From NCBI GenBank assembly GCA_030613025.1, contig JAUWMT010000008.1, positions 3,318 to 67,317 of the forward strand: 64,000 nucleotides of DNA. The letters are read 5' to 3'. Below, one piece after another: positions 30,696 to 39,278 of this stretch (positions within the stretch are counted from its first letter, which is position 1; each line of letters opens with the position of its first letter). Below the pieces are notes generated by a model, which saw nothing but the letters and a program-made list of their open reading frames with translations, was not told the origin of the DNA and made no database searches. This stretch comes from Candidatus Cloacimonadota bacterium (GTDB taxonomy: Bacteria; Cloacimonadota; Cloacimonadia; JGIOTU-2). Made by a program: the position numbers and the translations under genes.

Positions 30696-32201
30696 ATGAA
30701 AGATAAAAAGATATCAACGCTGCATTTGCCTGTAGATCTCTCGTATTTACCGGCAGCTCAGGCATTCATAAACGAGCTGGCTCGCCTGGCAAAGTTTTCG
30801 CAGAAAGACATTACATTTTTCAATGTTGCTGTAGAAGAAGCAATTTCAAATGTGGTAAAGCATGCTTTTTTGCCCGATGAGAATGCAACATTCGATGTGA
30901 TCTGCGAATTAACACCTGTTGAATTCAAGGTGATTATACGGGACATGGGATTGCCTTTTGATCCAAGTCAGGTCGAGGATTTTTCTGCCGAAAGATCATT
31001 GGATGGAGACGAACAGGTTGGTTTAGGGTTTCGGCTTATGAAAGGCAGTGTGGATCAGTTGTCATTTCATAACATGGGATACGGAGGTAAAGAGGTACAT
31101 CTCGTAAAGTTCGTGGATCAGAAGCATGTTGAGAAATACTTTCAAAAATCTGAAATGGAAGCATTCGAGCGGCCCACGTACAAATCCAAGAAAGAACGGG
31201 TTAAGATACCTTTCCATGTGCTGCTCCTCCAAAAAAAGCAAGCAATCGAGATCTCGCAATGTGCCTATCGAACCTATGGTTATACCTACATCATGGAAAA
31301 CATATATTATCCGGAACGTCTGATCGAGATGACCAGGACTGGTGAGCTTATCTCCGCCGTAGCAGTATGCGATGAAAATGATGAAGTAATGGGACACTGC
31401 GCACTGGAGCGTTTTGGCAGAAAGTGTGATGTTCCCGAATTGGGAATGGCGTTCACAAAGCCGAAGTTCCGAGGTCAGGGATGTATGAACAGTCTGAATG
31501 AATTACTCGTAGAACAAGCCAAAGAGAAAGGTATCAAAGGCATGTTTGCTAAAGGTGTGACCACGCATCCTTTTTCTCAAAAAGCATTGCTCAGAAGCGG
31601 ATTCAAAGATTGTGCGATCCTTATTGGCTTGTCACCTCCGAAAACTTTTGAAGGCATGGAGGAACAGGGAGCTCAGAGAGAAACTCTTATAGTGTGTTAT
31701 TCTAAGCTCATTGACCAGAATCTGAAGATCTATGCTACACCTGATCACAAGGGCATGATAGAAAAGATTTATAAGAATATCGGGATTGTTGCGGAAGTGC
31801 TCATCCCTGAGAATTCTAAGGTGGGGTCAACGGGAATGGTGCAGTCTGATGTCGAAGTTGAAGTTAAAGATTTGCTCAATTTTGCGAATATTTATATCAA
31901 TGACTGCGGTGAGAATATTAAGCTGGAAATTGATCAGCGCATGCGCGAACTTTGCCAGAAGAAGACCGAGACTATTAATCTCTATCTTGACCTTTGTGAT
32001 GAAAATTCAGTGAATTATGTAGAGGATATCGAAGATTTGGGATTCTTCTTTGCAGGAGTATTCCCTAATGATAAAAAGCAGTACCTCGTGCTTCAGTACT
32101 TAAACAATGTGCCTATCGATTATAAGAGAATAGTGCTTGTTTCTGATTTTGTAAAAGAACTTGGAGAGTATGTAAAGGCGTGCGATCCGAATCAGAAGTG
32201 A
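30696..32201 (+). CDS. RsbW-like HATPase_c domain fused to a GNAT domain
   Basis: AVEEAISNVVKHA, DMGLPFDP, GLGFRLM; then TKPKFRGQG acetyl-CoA motif. Confidence 0.8.
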   Translation: MKDKKISTLHLPVDLSYLPAAQAFINELARLAKFSQKDITFFNVAVEEAISNVVKHAFLPDENATFDVICELTPVEFKVIIRDMGLPFDPSQVEDFSAERSLDGDEQVGLGFRLMKGSVDQLSFHNMGYGGKEVHLVKFVDQKHVEKYFQKSEMEAFERPTYKSKKERVKIPFHVLLLQKKQAIEISQCAYRTYGYTYIMENIYYPERLIEMTRTGELISAVAVCDENDEVMGHCALERFGRKCDVPELGMAFTKPKFRGQGCMNSLNELLVEQAKEKGIKGMFAKGVTTHPFSQKALLRSGFKDCAILIGLSPPKTFEGMEEQGAQRETLIVCYSKLIDQNLKIYATPDHKGMIEKIYKNIGIVAEVLIPENSKVGSTGMVQSDVEVEVKDLLNFANIYINDCGENIKLEIDQRMRELCQKKTETINLYLDLCDENSVNYVEDIEDLGFFFAGVFPNDKKQYLVLQYLNNVPIDYKRIVLVSDFVKELGEYVKACDPNQK

Positions 32202-32393
32202 AAAGTTGTTGAAGCACGAATAAGCATTCAATAATATCCCAACAAAAATCGGGTAGATGCAGGTTTATCCTGCATCGGATTTCTACAATCCGAACCATTA
32301 CGACCTGTCACGTCGTAGTCCAGAAAGCATTCGGGACGAAGTCGGAAGGTTTCGAAGCTCAACCATTCGCAAGGTTCTGTCACTTAGAAAAAA

Positions 32394-33209
32394 TCAAAAC
32401 ATACCAGTGTTTCTGTCAGTTGAAGAGGTGGTTAGACTGTTCCTGAATTGATTTGAAGTTGGATATTTTTTTCGATTACTTTTACCCTCTAAATAATAAG
32501 AATCCAAAACTCTTTTGTAATTTATTTCATTCATGTCGATATTTTCAACTGTTGCACCTACCCAACCAATATTAGGCATAAAATACAATTTAATTCCCAA
32601 ATCATAATCTCTTTTAATAAGTGGTTTCAATTTTTTAAGTAAATTTAAGCGTTCTAAAATTGTTTCATCTTCATAAAAATCCCAAGTATAAACAACACAG
32701 TTATAATTACCTGAAGGCGTTTTAAATTGTTCGTTTATTGATAAACATTTGAAAGAAATTGTATCCATAATTACACCATTTTCGTCAGCATTATGAAAAA
32801 ACCATTCTTCACCTTCAGATACTGGATATTTAAAATGAATGCATCTAAAAATTATAGTATCTTGTTCTGAATTAATACTACCATAAGAATAACAACCATC
32901 ATTTTCATTACCATATAACCATTTTATATTGTAAGGTTCTTCATATTCTATAAATGCAGTATATTCTTTATCTTCTAATTGGAAATTAAATTTACCAATA
33001 ATTTCAATACTTATTGTGTCTACAATTATTGTGTCAATTGGGTTTTCTTGTGGAAATGCCACAAATATTGAATCTATATAGGTCCATAAATTACCAACAG
33101 CAAGAGGATAGATAACATTCTTTTCTGGTTTATCTTTTTCCTTACTACATGATGTAAAAGAATAAATCATTATTAATATAATGAATATGAATATTATCAA
33201 TTTTTTCAT
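32394..33209 (-). CDS. Hypothetical lipoprotein (gene cassette)
   Basis: Lipobox FTS-C; YPLAVGNLWTY; cassette begins GTTAGAC and has matching GTCTAAC at 32437-32431 inside the 3' end, where the attC is truncated. Confidence 0.75.
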   Translation of the reverse strand: MKKLIIFIFIILIMIYSFTSCSKEKDKPEKNVIYPLAVGNLWTYIDSIFVAFPQENPIDTIIVDTISIEIIGKFNFQLEDKEYTAFIEYEEPYNIKWLYGNENDGCYSYGSINSEQDTIIFRCIHFKYPVSEGEEWFFHNADENGVIMDTISFKCLSINEQFKTPSGNYNCVVYTWDFYEDETILERLNLLKKLKPLIKRDYDLGIKLYFMPNIGWVGATVENIDMNEINYKRVLDSYYLEGKSNRKKYPTSNQFRNSLTTSSTDRNTGMF

Positions 33210-33239
33210 AATTTGTCTCCATGTTTATTTTTATTAGCG

Positions 33240-33372
33240 GTCTAACGTTACAGCTCAGGGGCGGCAAACAATGTGGTGTAACCAACCTTGGAATACCACC
33301 AGACTTCATGCGGGGCACTCACTTGGAAAAATCCCCATGCTGTTTGCCGTCCCTTGCAACCGATTGTTAGCC
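33240..33372 (-). mobile_element. attC site between TIR and lipoprotein cassettes
   Basis: Minus strand GGCTAAC...GTTAGAC; arms GGGACGGCAAACA / TGTTTGCCGCCCC; GGCTAAC complements the cassette start GTTAGCC at 34514. Confidence 0.85.
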
Positions 33373-33384
33373 TTTCTAAACACG

Positions 33385-34491
33385 TTAATATAGTTCTACA
33401 AAGCCACAAAGTTTTGAAATACTTTCTTCACTATTTTCTGGTGGATTTTGAATATACAAAATGTACTTCTGAGAAAGAAGTTTATCTTTTAGCATATCCC
33501 AAAGTTGAAGAAAATCTGATTCATTATACTGTTTCTCCCATTCCGTAATAGTTGTGGCAATTATTAAGAACAAATCTTGTAATCGACGGAATATGTTTTC
33601 AATATTGTCTCGTTTGAATGGAATAAGGCGAGAGTACTGAATATTTCCATTGGCAACAATAAAAAGCAGAACAGAAGGATAAGCCATTCTGGTACGTTCT
33701 TCTCCGAAAAAATTTTTTAATAATTTTGAAAAGTAGTAAGTCCTACTACGTGAACGCGATAAGGACGCTTCAGTCAATAATTCTAGGGTACGATCTGTCT
33801 CAGTTTCACATTCTTCATCATCCTTAATAGCAAAGATTTCAAAGCGATGGCCTGATGAGGCATCAAGAGCGTCCCAGTAAATCTGATCAGAAAATAATTT
33901 TCGTATCTCTGCGGTTTTTTCATCATAAACCACAGTACCAAATATAGTTACAGGTTGTTTTCGGCATAAATCTATTAAATATGACGTAAGATGTTCAGCC
34001 TTAAGTTGTCCAAGGGGTATTCTTGGTATTTTTATTTCTGGTGGGATAACCAGTTTCTCATTATGATCAGTTATTTTTTGCACAAGTATTTCACAAACCC
34101 CTATCACTCCCTGTTTCCTTAAATCGAGATATGCTGTAGCAGTCGGCAATCCTTTTGGCCAAGAATCGTCAACCAGTATAGGCAGAAAATATTCTGATTC
34201 ACTTTCTATCATCCTATCAAAGGCAGAATGTTTTTCTACTGTTGTAAAAGCTTTTACACAATAGTTATTGGAAATTAAAGCAACGCAATACTTGCCGCGT
34301 GTACGATACGTTTCATCCAGATATTCAACTAAATTTTTCCCCCAAATTTCATGCTGTAAATCTTCGTCAAGAAATACTGTTATTCCGTTTTCTTTACATA
34401 TATCTGAAATGGCACGAGCATACACACGTTCTGTCCCAGCAAAGGAGAGTAATACATCAAATTCCCTAGTTTTTTCCATTTCGATTATCAT
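33385..34491 (-). CDS. TIR-domain protein with uncharacterised C-terminal domain (gene cassette)
   Basis: FDVLLSFAG, VFLD...IWGKNL, CVALISNNY...FTTVE (putative catalytic Glu), YLDLR. Confidence 0.85.
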   Translation of the reverse strand: MIIEMEKTREFDVLLSFAGTERVYARAISDICKENGITVFLDEDLQHEIWGKNLVEYLDETYRTRGKYCVALISNNYCVKAFTTVEKHSAFDRMIESESEYFLPILVDDSWPKGLPTATAYLDLRKQGVIGVCEILVQKITDHNEKLVIPPEIKIPRIPLGQLKAEHLTSYLIDLCRKQPVTIFGTVVYDEKTAEIRKLFSDQIYWDALDASSGHRFEIFAIKDDEECETETDRTLELLTEASLSRSRSRTYYFSKLLKNFFGEERTRMAYPSVLLFIVANGNIQYSRLIPFKRDNIENIFRRLQDLFLIIATTITEWEKQYNESDFLQLWDMLKDKLLSQKYILYIQNPPENSEESISKLCGFVELY

Positions 34492-34507
34492 CTCCTATTT
34501 CGTTTAT

Positions 34508-34570
34508 GGCTAACATATTTATTAAGTTACTTAAATTTGTATATTTTGCTTAACTCCGTAGTATATGCCA
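34508..34570 (-). mobile_element. attI-like leader A
   Basis: AT-rich leader ending AAATAT|GTTAGCC with no attC arm upstream; shares a ~26-nt imperfect palindrome with leaders B and C. Confidence 0.55.
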
Positions 34571-34683
34571 TCAGTTAATATCACCAACACAATTTATGTT
34601 TATTTGGTAAATATTTAATTTCACTGTCAATTTTAAATAATAACAGCTTAATTATGCAGAAGGTAAAATTAGGATACACTATC

Positions 34684-35700
34684 CTACCCCATAAACTCAT
34701 TTCCGACTTTACGTGCGCGTTCCGGTTTATCCAGATCAATACCGAGCGCTAAACCGATTTCAACCAACAAATTCCAACCGGCGCTCAAATATACATAAGG
34801 ATTCATCTCACCGGCATCCGGCACAAGTATTGTAGTGAAAGGTGTTTCTCTATTAGCAATCGCTACTACGTGAAGCCCGACACCTTTTACTAAAACATCC
34901 TGAAATTTTTCGATTTCATCATCGATCGGATCTATTACAAAAACAATATCACTCTTATTCATAACTTCTTCAATGCCGTGAACAGCATACGTACCTTCCA
35001 AAAAGTCAGACTTTTTGCGGGTGATTTCATTTGTTTTAAGAGTCAGCTCTTCAGCCACGCCATCGTTATAGCCGGCAAAGAAAATCGTTGGTGCTTTTGT
35101 TGCTGCTTCAATAATACTCGGATCGATCGGTAATGTTAATGCTGTTTCAATTTTCTGTGCCAAATCAGGATAAACATCAGTATTATTTTTATTGGCTATA
35201 TGCCCAAGGATCGATTCATAAAATAATGCTTGTTCAATAACACTCTTTGTTGCTGCTACTGCCTGTTCCCAGCCACATGTGAGGACAAACGTCTCAGCGC
35301 AGGCATCTTCCAGAAGTGTTCCTTTGTTGGCAGATAAACAAAAACGATATTTGTTACCCAGTTCAGTCAGTTGTTTTGCAAGCAGAACCACCTCTTTGGT
35401 TCTTCCTGAGTTGGATGCGCAAAAAACAGCAAATTTTAAAAGATCATATTGTGCTGCTTGACGAGAACCGTCAGTTGCAATGCAGAGATCCAGTCCCATT
35501 GTAAGCGCTTTGCGAATAGCATTCTTTGCAGGAAAGATCCTGCTCGAACCTTCACCTGTAAGTAGAAGCCTGCCAACAGATTTGATTTTCTCTGCTACAT
35601 CTTTTGTCTGATCCGAATTAAAATTTTTCACCACATCGATAGTATCCATCATTTCCTGAACTAATGCATACTTAGAATATTTTTCTTCTGTCAAATTCAT
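34684..35700 (-). CDS. SIS-domain sugar isomerase (GlmS isomerase-like)
   Basis: GEGSS, SNSGRTKE, AVAATKS, ELTLKTNE, HG, C-terminal DLDKPERARK. Confidence 0.85.
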   Translation of the reverse strand: MNLTEEKYSKYALVQEMMDTIDVVKNFNSDQTKDVAEKIKSVGRLLLTGEGSSRIFPAKNAIRKALTMGLDLCIATDGSRQAAQYDLLKFAVFCASNSGRTKEVVLLAKQLTELGNKYRFCLSANKGTLLEDACAETFVLTCGWEQAVAATKSVIEQALFYESILGHIANKNNTDVYPDLAQKIETALTLPIDPSIIEAATKAPTIFFAGYNDGVAEELTLKTNEITRKKSDFLEGTYAVHGIEEVMNKSDIVFVIDPIDDEIEKFQDVLVKGVGLHVVAIANRETPFTTILVPDAGEMNPYVYLSAGWNLLVEIGLALGIDLDKPERARKVGNEFMG

Positions 35701-35734
35701 TTCTTAACTCCTTTCATGATTAAGTTAATCTAAT

Positions 35735-35928
35735 TGAGTCCATTCTAAAAAGTTAAATTTAAGAAAGCGAGAAACCGTTGAAACGGTTAATGCATTTTTT
35801 TTCATTAACCACCAACTTAAGTTGGTGGTTAATAAGAAGATAGGAACTTCCAACCGATTCATCGGTTTCCAAATATTTGATACATTTTCTAACATATTTC
35901 TAATCACATACTTTTTAGAGTAAACTCA
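35735..35928. mobile_element. MITE-like element, copy 2 (inverted relative to copy 1)
   Basis: TGAGTCCATTCTAAAAAG...CTTTTTAGAGTAAACTCA inverted repeats, TAAT on both flanks, same 30-bp palindrome. Confidence 0.78.
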
Positions 35929-35951
35929 TAATTGTAATTGATTTTTTTATC

Positions 35952-38156
35952 TCAACTTCTGTTTTTAATATTAGCTATTAGTTTCTTAAAATCTTCTGTT
36001 TCATTTCGAACCTGATTAATAAAACTATTATCTTCAATAGTTCCAGTTGCAGCCGTCATCTCAGCCATATTTCTGTAAGTTGCCTGGCGAAACGGATTAT
36101 CATAATCTTTTTTCCTTGAGATGTAAACCTGATCCCTGATGAATCTCTGGATTTCTACTGCTTTATCCAATGCTGATATCCATTGTTCATTTGTGGGTTT
36201 ATCTGTTTCAAGTATTTCGCAAAGTGTAGCAAATGCGTGCTTTTGTTTCTCAAACGTATATTTTTCCCAAAGTGTATCATACCTGTGATGGATTTCATCC
36301 CAATTGCTAAGTTTGCCGGAACCAATATCCGAACGAATTTGATCGACATTTTGCTCTGGAATAAGTTGTCCGCCGAGGTTTACCCAATTTTTTTCGCGTT
36401 TACTTTTTAAAGCTTCACACATTGATGAAAATCCAACTTCCGGATTTGTTTCCAAGTATTCTAATAGATTCTTAATTGCGTAATAATGGAGCATATCGCG
36501 ATATGCATGATATGCCTTGTATGCTTTGAGGATCACAACCTTTCGCTCTGATTTCTCCATGTTTTCACCGAGAATTTCTAACTCATTTATTTGCTGTTCA
36601 GTTCCCAATAAAAGCTTACGTCCAATTATGGCGAGTTCTTCATTGTTTTTATCATCAAACGGATCACCCTTACTGCGTAAACTGGCTTTTGCAGTCCATA
36701 TTTCCAATAATTTACAAGCGCTGAATATTTCTTCAATAGTGTCGGGCGCCAAAGAATCAAATTCAATATTTTGGAATTTTCCTTTACGTTTGTCACGCTT
36801 CTGAAATTTCCAAGAATTCCTTGCCAGTGCATACATATTATACAACCACCAGAATGCAGGCATAATTTCCAAATGATCCTTCGATGTATTGTTGTTGAGA
36901 AGTGAAAACGGCAATGGGATATCAAGCTCGTTTGGATAATCAGCTTTGGAAAGTAGTACGAAAGAAGCAAAACGACATGAATGTTTAATACTCGTGCATA
37001 ATCCCGGCCAGAATCCGCGACCTGCCTGGATCTCATTATCATTAGCTCTGCTATTGTGATTTGAACCGATTGTTGCACCCGCAGCCATATTGCTTTGACC
37101 CATTACAACCGCTGCAACAAGAAATGAATTATTATGATGCTGTTCGTGTGCAGGAAATATCAGACTGTAGAGCACTTCACAACATGAAATAGTTGAATTG
37201 GCTCCAAGAAATGAGTGGATAAGTCGTGCTCCATATTTTAAGCTTGAATTATCCCCTAAAATAAATCGTACTGCTTTACAGCCGTAAAAAATATGGCAGC
37301 CGTATCCAATAATGCCATTAACTAATTCAACGCCCTCGCCAATCTGTGTTCGTTCTGACTCTGAAGATTTTATTGTTAGATTCTTAAGTTTATTGATTCC
37401 CTTAATATAACAGTGTGAGCCGATTTGAACATCCTTAAGAGTACGGGAATTTTTAATTACGCACTGATCTCCGATCGTGCCATAGAAACCTCGTCGAGAA
37501 TCGCAGCTATTTTGTGTTATCTCTTTCAGTTTTTCTTGTAATGCGGTATCATCCCGATACTTTGCCCAGATATAAGCATCGGCAGGTATTATGCCGTCAA
37601 AAGGTATTATGCTTCGAGAACCGGTCTCATTTATCAGGTCAAGCCATATTCGGACATCTTCTGTTTCACCTTCTTTGATAATTCCATTGCCGAATTTTGC
37701 ATGGTTAGTTGTTTGTATTTCATCGATGCTGGATAGGATACAACGATCGCCAATAATGAAATTTGACAAATACCGAACATCATGAATTGCAACATCATCT
37801 CCTATATCACAAGCTATAATTGTGCTGTTTGTAATACCAACCGGAACCTTTAGGTCATGATGTTCAAGAATTACATTTCGTACATTTCCAATTCGGATAA
37901 GTCCGAAGAACTCATTATTTTTTATTTGAGCAGTATCAAATTGATCGGTGACGAATATTTCGTCCCAATTAACAGAAGTATTGTTGTTTTCTACAAGTTG
38001 CTCAACTTCTTTTGAGCTCAAATGACGCCAGCGGTCTTTGGTCCATGAAGTTTGTAAATTACGAAGATAATATTCATCTTTTCCATCCGGGAGGTATTCT
38101 TTGGGTATGAAATTTTTTCCAATACCGCCTGATGAAAGAATTGAGACAGTACTCAT
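35952..38156 (-). CDS. DUF4954-like protein with left-handed beta-helix repeats
   Basis: Hexapeptide-like I/V-G-D repeats; HEQHHNNSFL, TIGSNHNSR, MYALARNSWK; family name from recollection. Confidence 0.7.
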   Translation of the reverse strand: MSTVSILSSGGIGKNFIPKEYLPDGKDEYYLRNLQTSWTKDRWRHLSSKEVEQLVENNNTSVNWDEIFVTDQFDTAQIKNNEFFGLIRIGNVRNVILEHHDLKVPVGITNSTIIACDIGDDVAIHDVRYLSNFIIGDRCILSSIDEIQTTNHAKFGNGIIKEGETEDVRIWLDLINETGSRSIIPFDGIIPADAYIWAKYRDDTALQEKLKEITQNSCDSRRGFYGTIGDQCVIKNSRTLKDVQIGSHCYIKGINKLKNLTIKSSESERTQIGEGVELVNGIIGYGCHIFYGCKAVRFILGDNSSLKYGARLIHSFLGANSTISCCEVLYSLIFPAHEQHHNNSFLVAAVVMGQSNMAAGATIGSNHNSRANDNEIQAGRGFWPGLCTSIKHSCRFASFVLLSKADYPNELDIPLPFSLLNNNTSKDHLEIMPAFWWLYNMYALARNSWKFQKRDKRKGKFQNIEFDSLAPDTIEEIFSACKLLEIWTAKASLRSKGDPFDDKNNEELAIIGRKLLLGTEQQINELEILGENMEKSERKVVILKAYKAYHAYRDMLHYYAIKNLLEYLETNPEVGFSSMCEALKSKREKNWVNLGGQLIPEQNVDQIRSDIGSGKLSNWDEIHHRYDTLWEKYTFEKQKHAFATLCEILETDKPTNEQWISALDKAVEIQRFIRDQVYISRKKDYDNPFRQATYRNMAEMTAATGTIEDNSFINQVRNETEDFKKLIANIKNRS

Positions 38157-38388
38157 ATTATGTACTCCTTAAATATTATAAATTTGATATTGATTTCTTT
38201 TTTCTCGTATTTTATAGTCAATAAAAAAGTGCCCGATCAAGCAATTTTGATTTAATTAATTTTCCGGCAGGTTAATAAAAAGAGAGTAACTATGGAAGTA
38301 TCCCAGAAAAAATGTGATTTAAAAAAAAGTAATGACTGTGCTTAAAATAATTCGGAGCTGCGATTGTCTCAACCGAGATTTTTGTATT

Positions 38389-39000
38389 TTACTTCACTAC
38401 CCAGCAACCTTCTACCACCAATTTTCTTTTTTCAAATATTTTTCCGTTAAACTTATCACCAGATTTAATAGGACCCACGCCTTTTGGCGTACCACTCATT
38501 ATTAAATCACCATCCTCAAATGAAAGAAAATCGGTCGCTTCTTTTAATATTTCATCTGGCTTATTCAGCATTAGATCACAGCCGCCCTTCTGTACCAAAC
38601 TGCCATTTATATAAAGCTCCATTCTCAAATCGTTAATATTACCCCTGAAAGTGATGAACTCACTAAATACAGCAGATCTATCAAAAGATTTTGCGCGTTC
38701 CCATGGCAGCCCTTTTGATCTCAATTTAGATTGGACTTCTCTCTTTGTAAGGTCCAAGCCAAATCCCACACCCTTCAGTTTATCAGAACTAATTAAAAAA
38801 GAAATTTCACCCTCATAATGAATAACGTCATATTTACTGGAATAAATATCATTTGATATGGATGAATTTGGCTTAATAAATATTATCGGTTGTTTTGGCA
38901 CTTCATTATGAAGCTCTTCAATATGATCTACATAGTTTCTTCCTATGCATACAATCTTAGACGGATAAACATCTTTGCCGTCAAATATAATTGATTTCAT
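38389..39000 (-). CDS. Fumarylacetoacetate hydrolase family protein
   Basis: KIVCIGRNYVDH, HYEGE, DLTKREVQ...PWERAKSFD, GDLIMSGTPKGVG. Confidence 0.93.
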   Translation of the reverse strand: MKSIIFDGKDVYPSKIVCIGRNYVDHIEELHNEVPKQPIIFIKPNSSISNDIYSSKYDVIHYEGEISFLISSDKLKGVGFGLDLTKREVQSKLRSKGLPWERAKSFDRSAVFSEFITFRGNINDLRMELYINGSLVQKGGCDLMLNKPDEILKEATDFLSFEDGDLIMSGTPKGVGPIKSGDKFNGKIFEKRKLVVEGCWVVK

Positions 39001-39144
39001 TTTGTATTCCTATTCATAGTTTCTTTTTGAAACAAAAGACACAAAATGGTGTCAATTTTTTGTTGATTTGCAGTCTTTGAATTCAATTTAGGTGTGAAGA
39101 TTTTGTAAAGATAGAATAATTTATGACAAATAGTAGTATTTTTA

Positions 39145-39268
39145 CTTTAATGGTCGGTTTAACAGGAACCGAGCAAACGCTCGCTTAAATCAAAGAAATA
39201 ATTCCATAAACATTGCTCTTTAGAATTCATAGTATGTGTAGGAATCCTTGTATAAATCTGTGTTATAT
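39145..39268 (-). mobile_element. Degenerate attC downstream of the SIR2 cassette
   Basis: R'' ATATAAC about 10 nt after the stop; arms TTTATACAAGGATTCC / GGTTCCTGTTAAA; R' decayed to ATTAAAG. Confidence 0.5.
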
Positions 39269-39278
39269 GATGATATCA

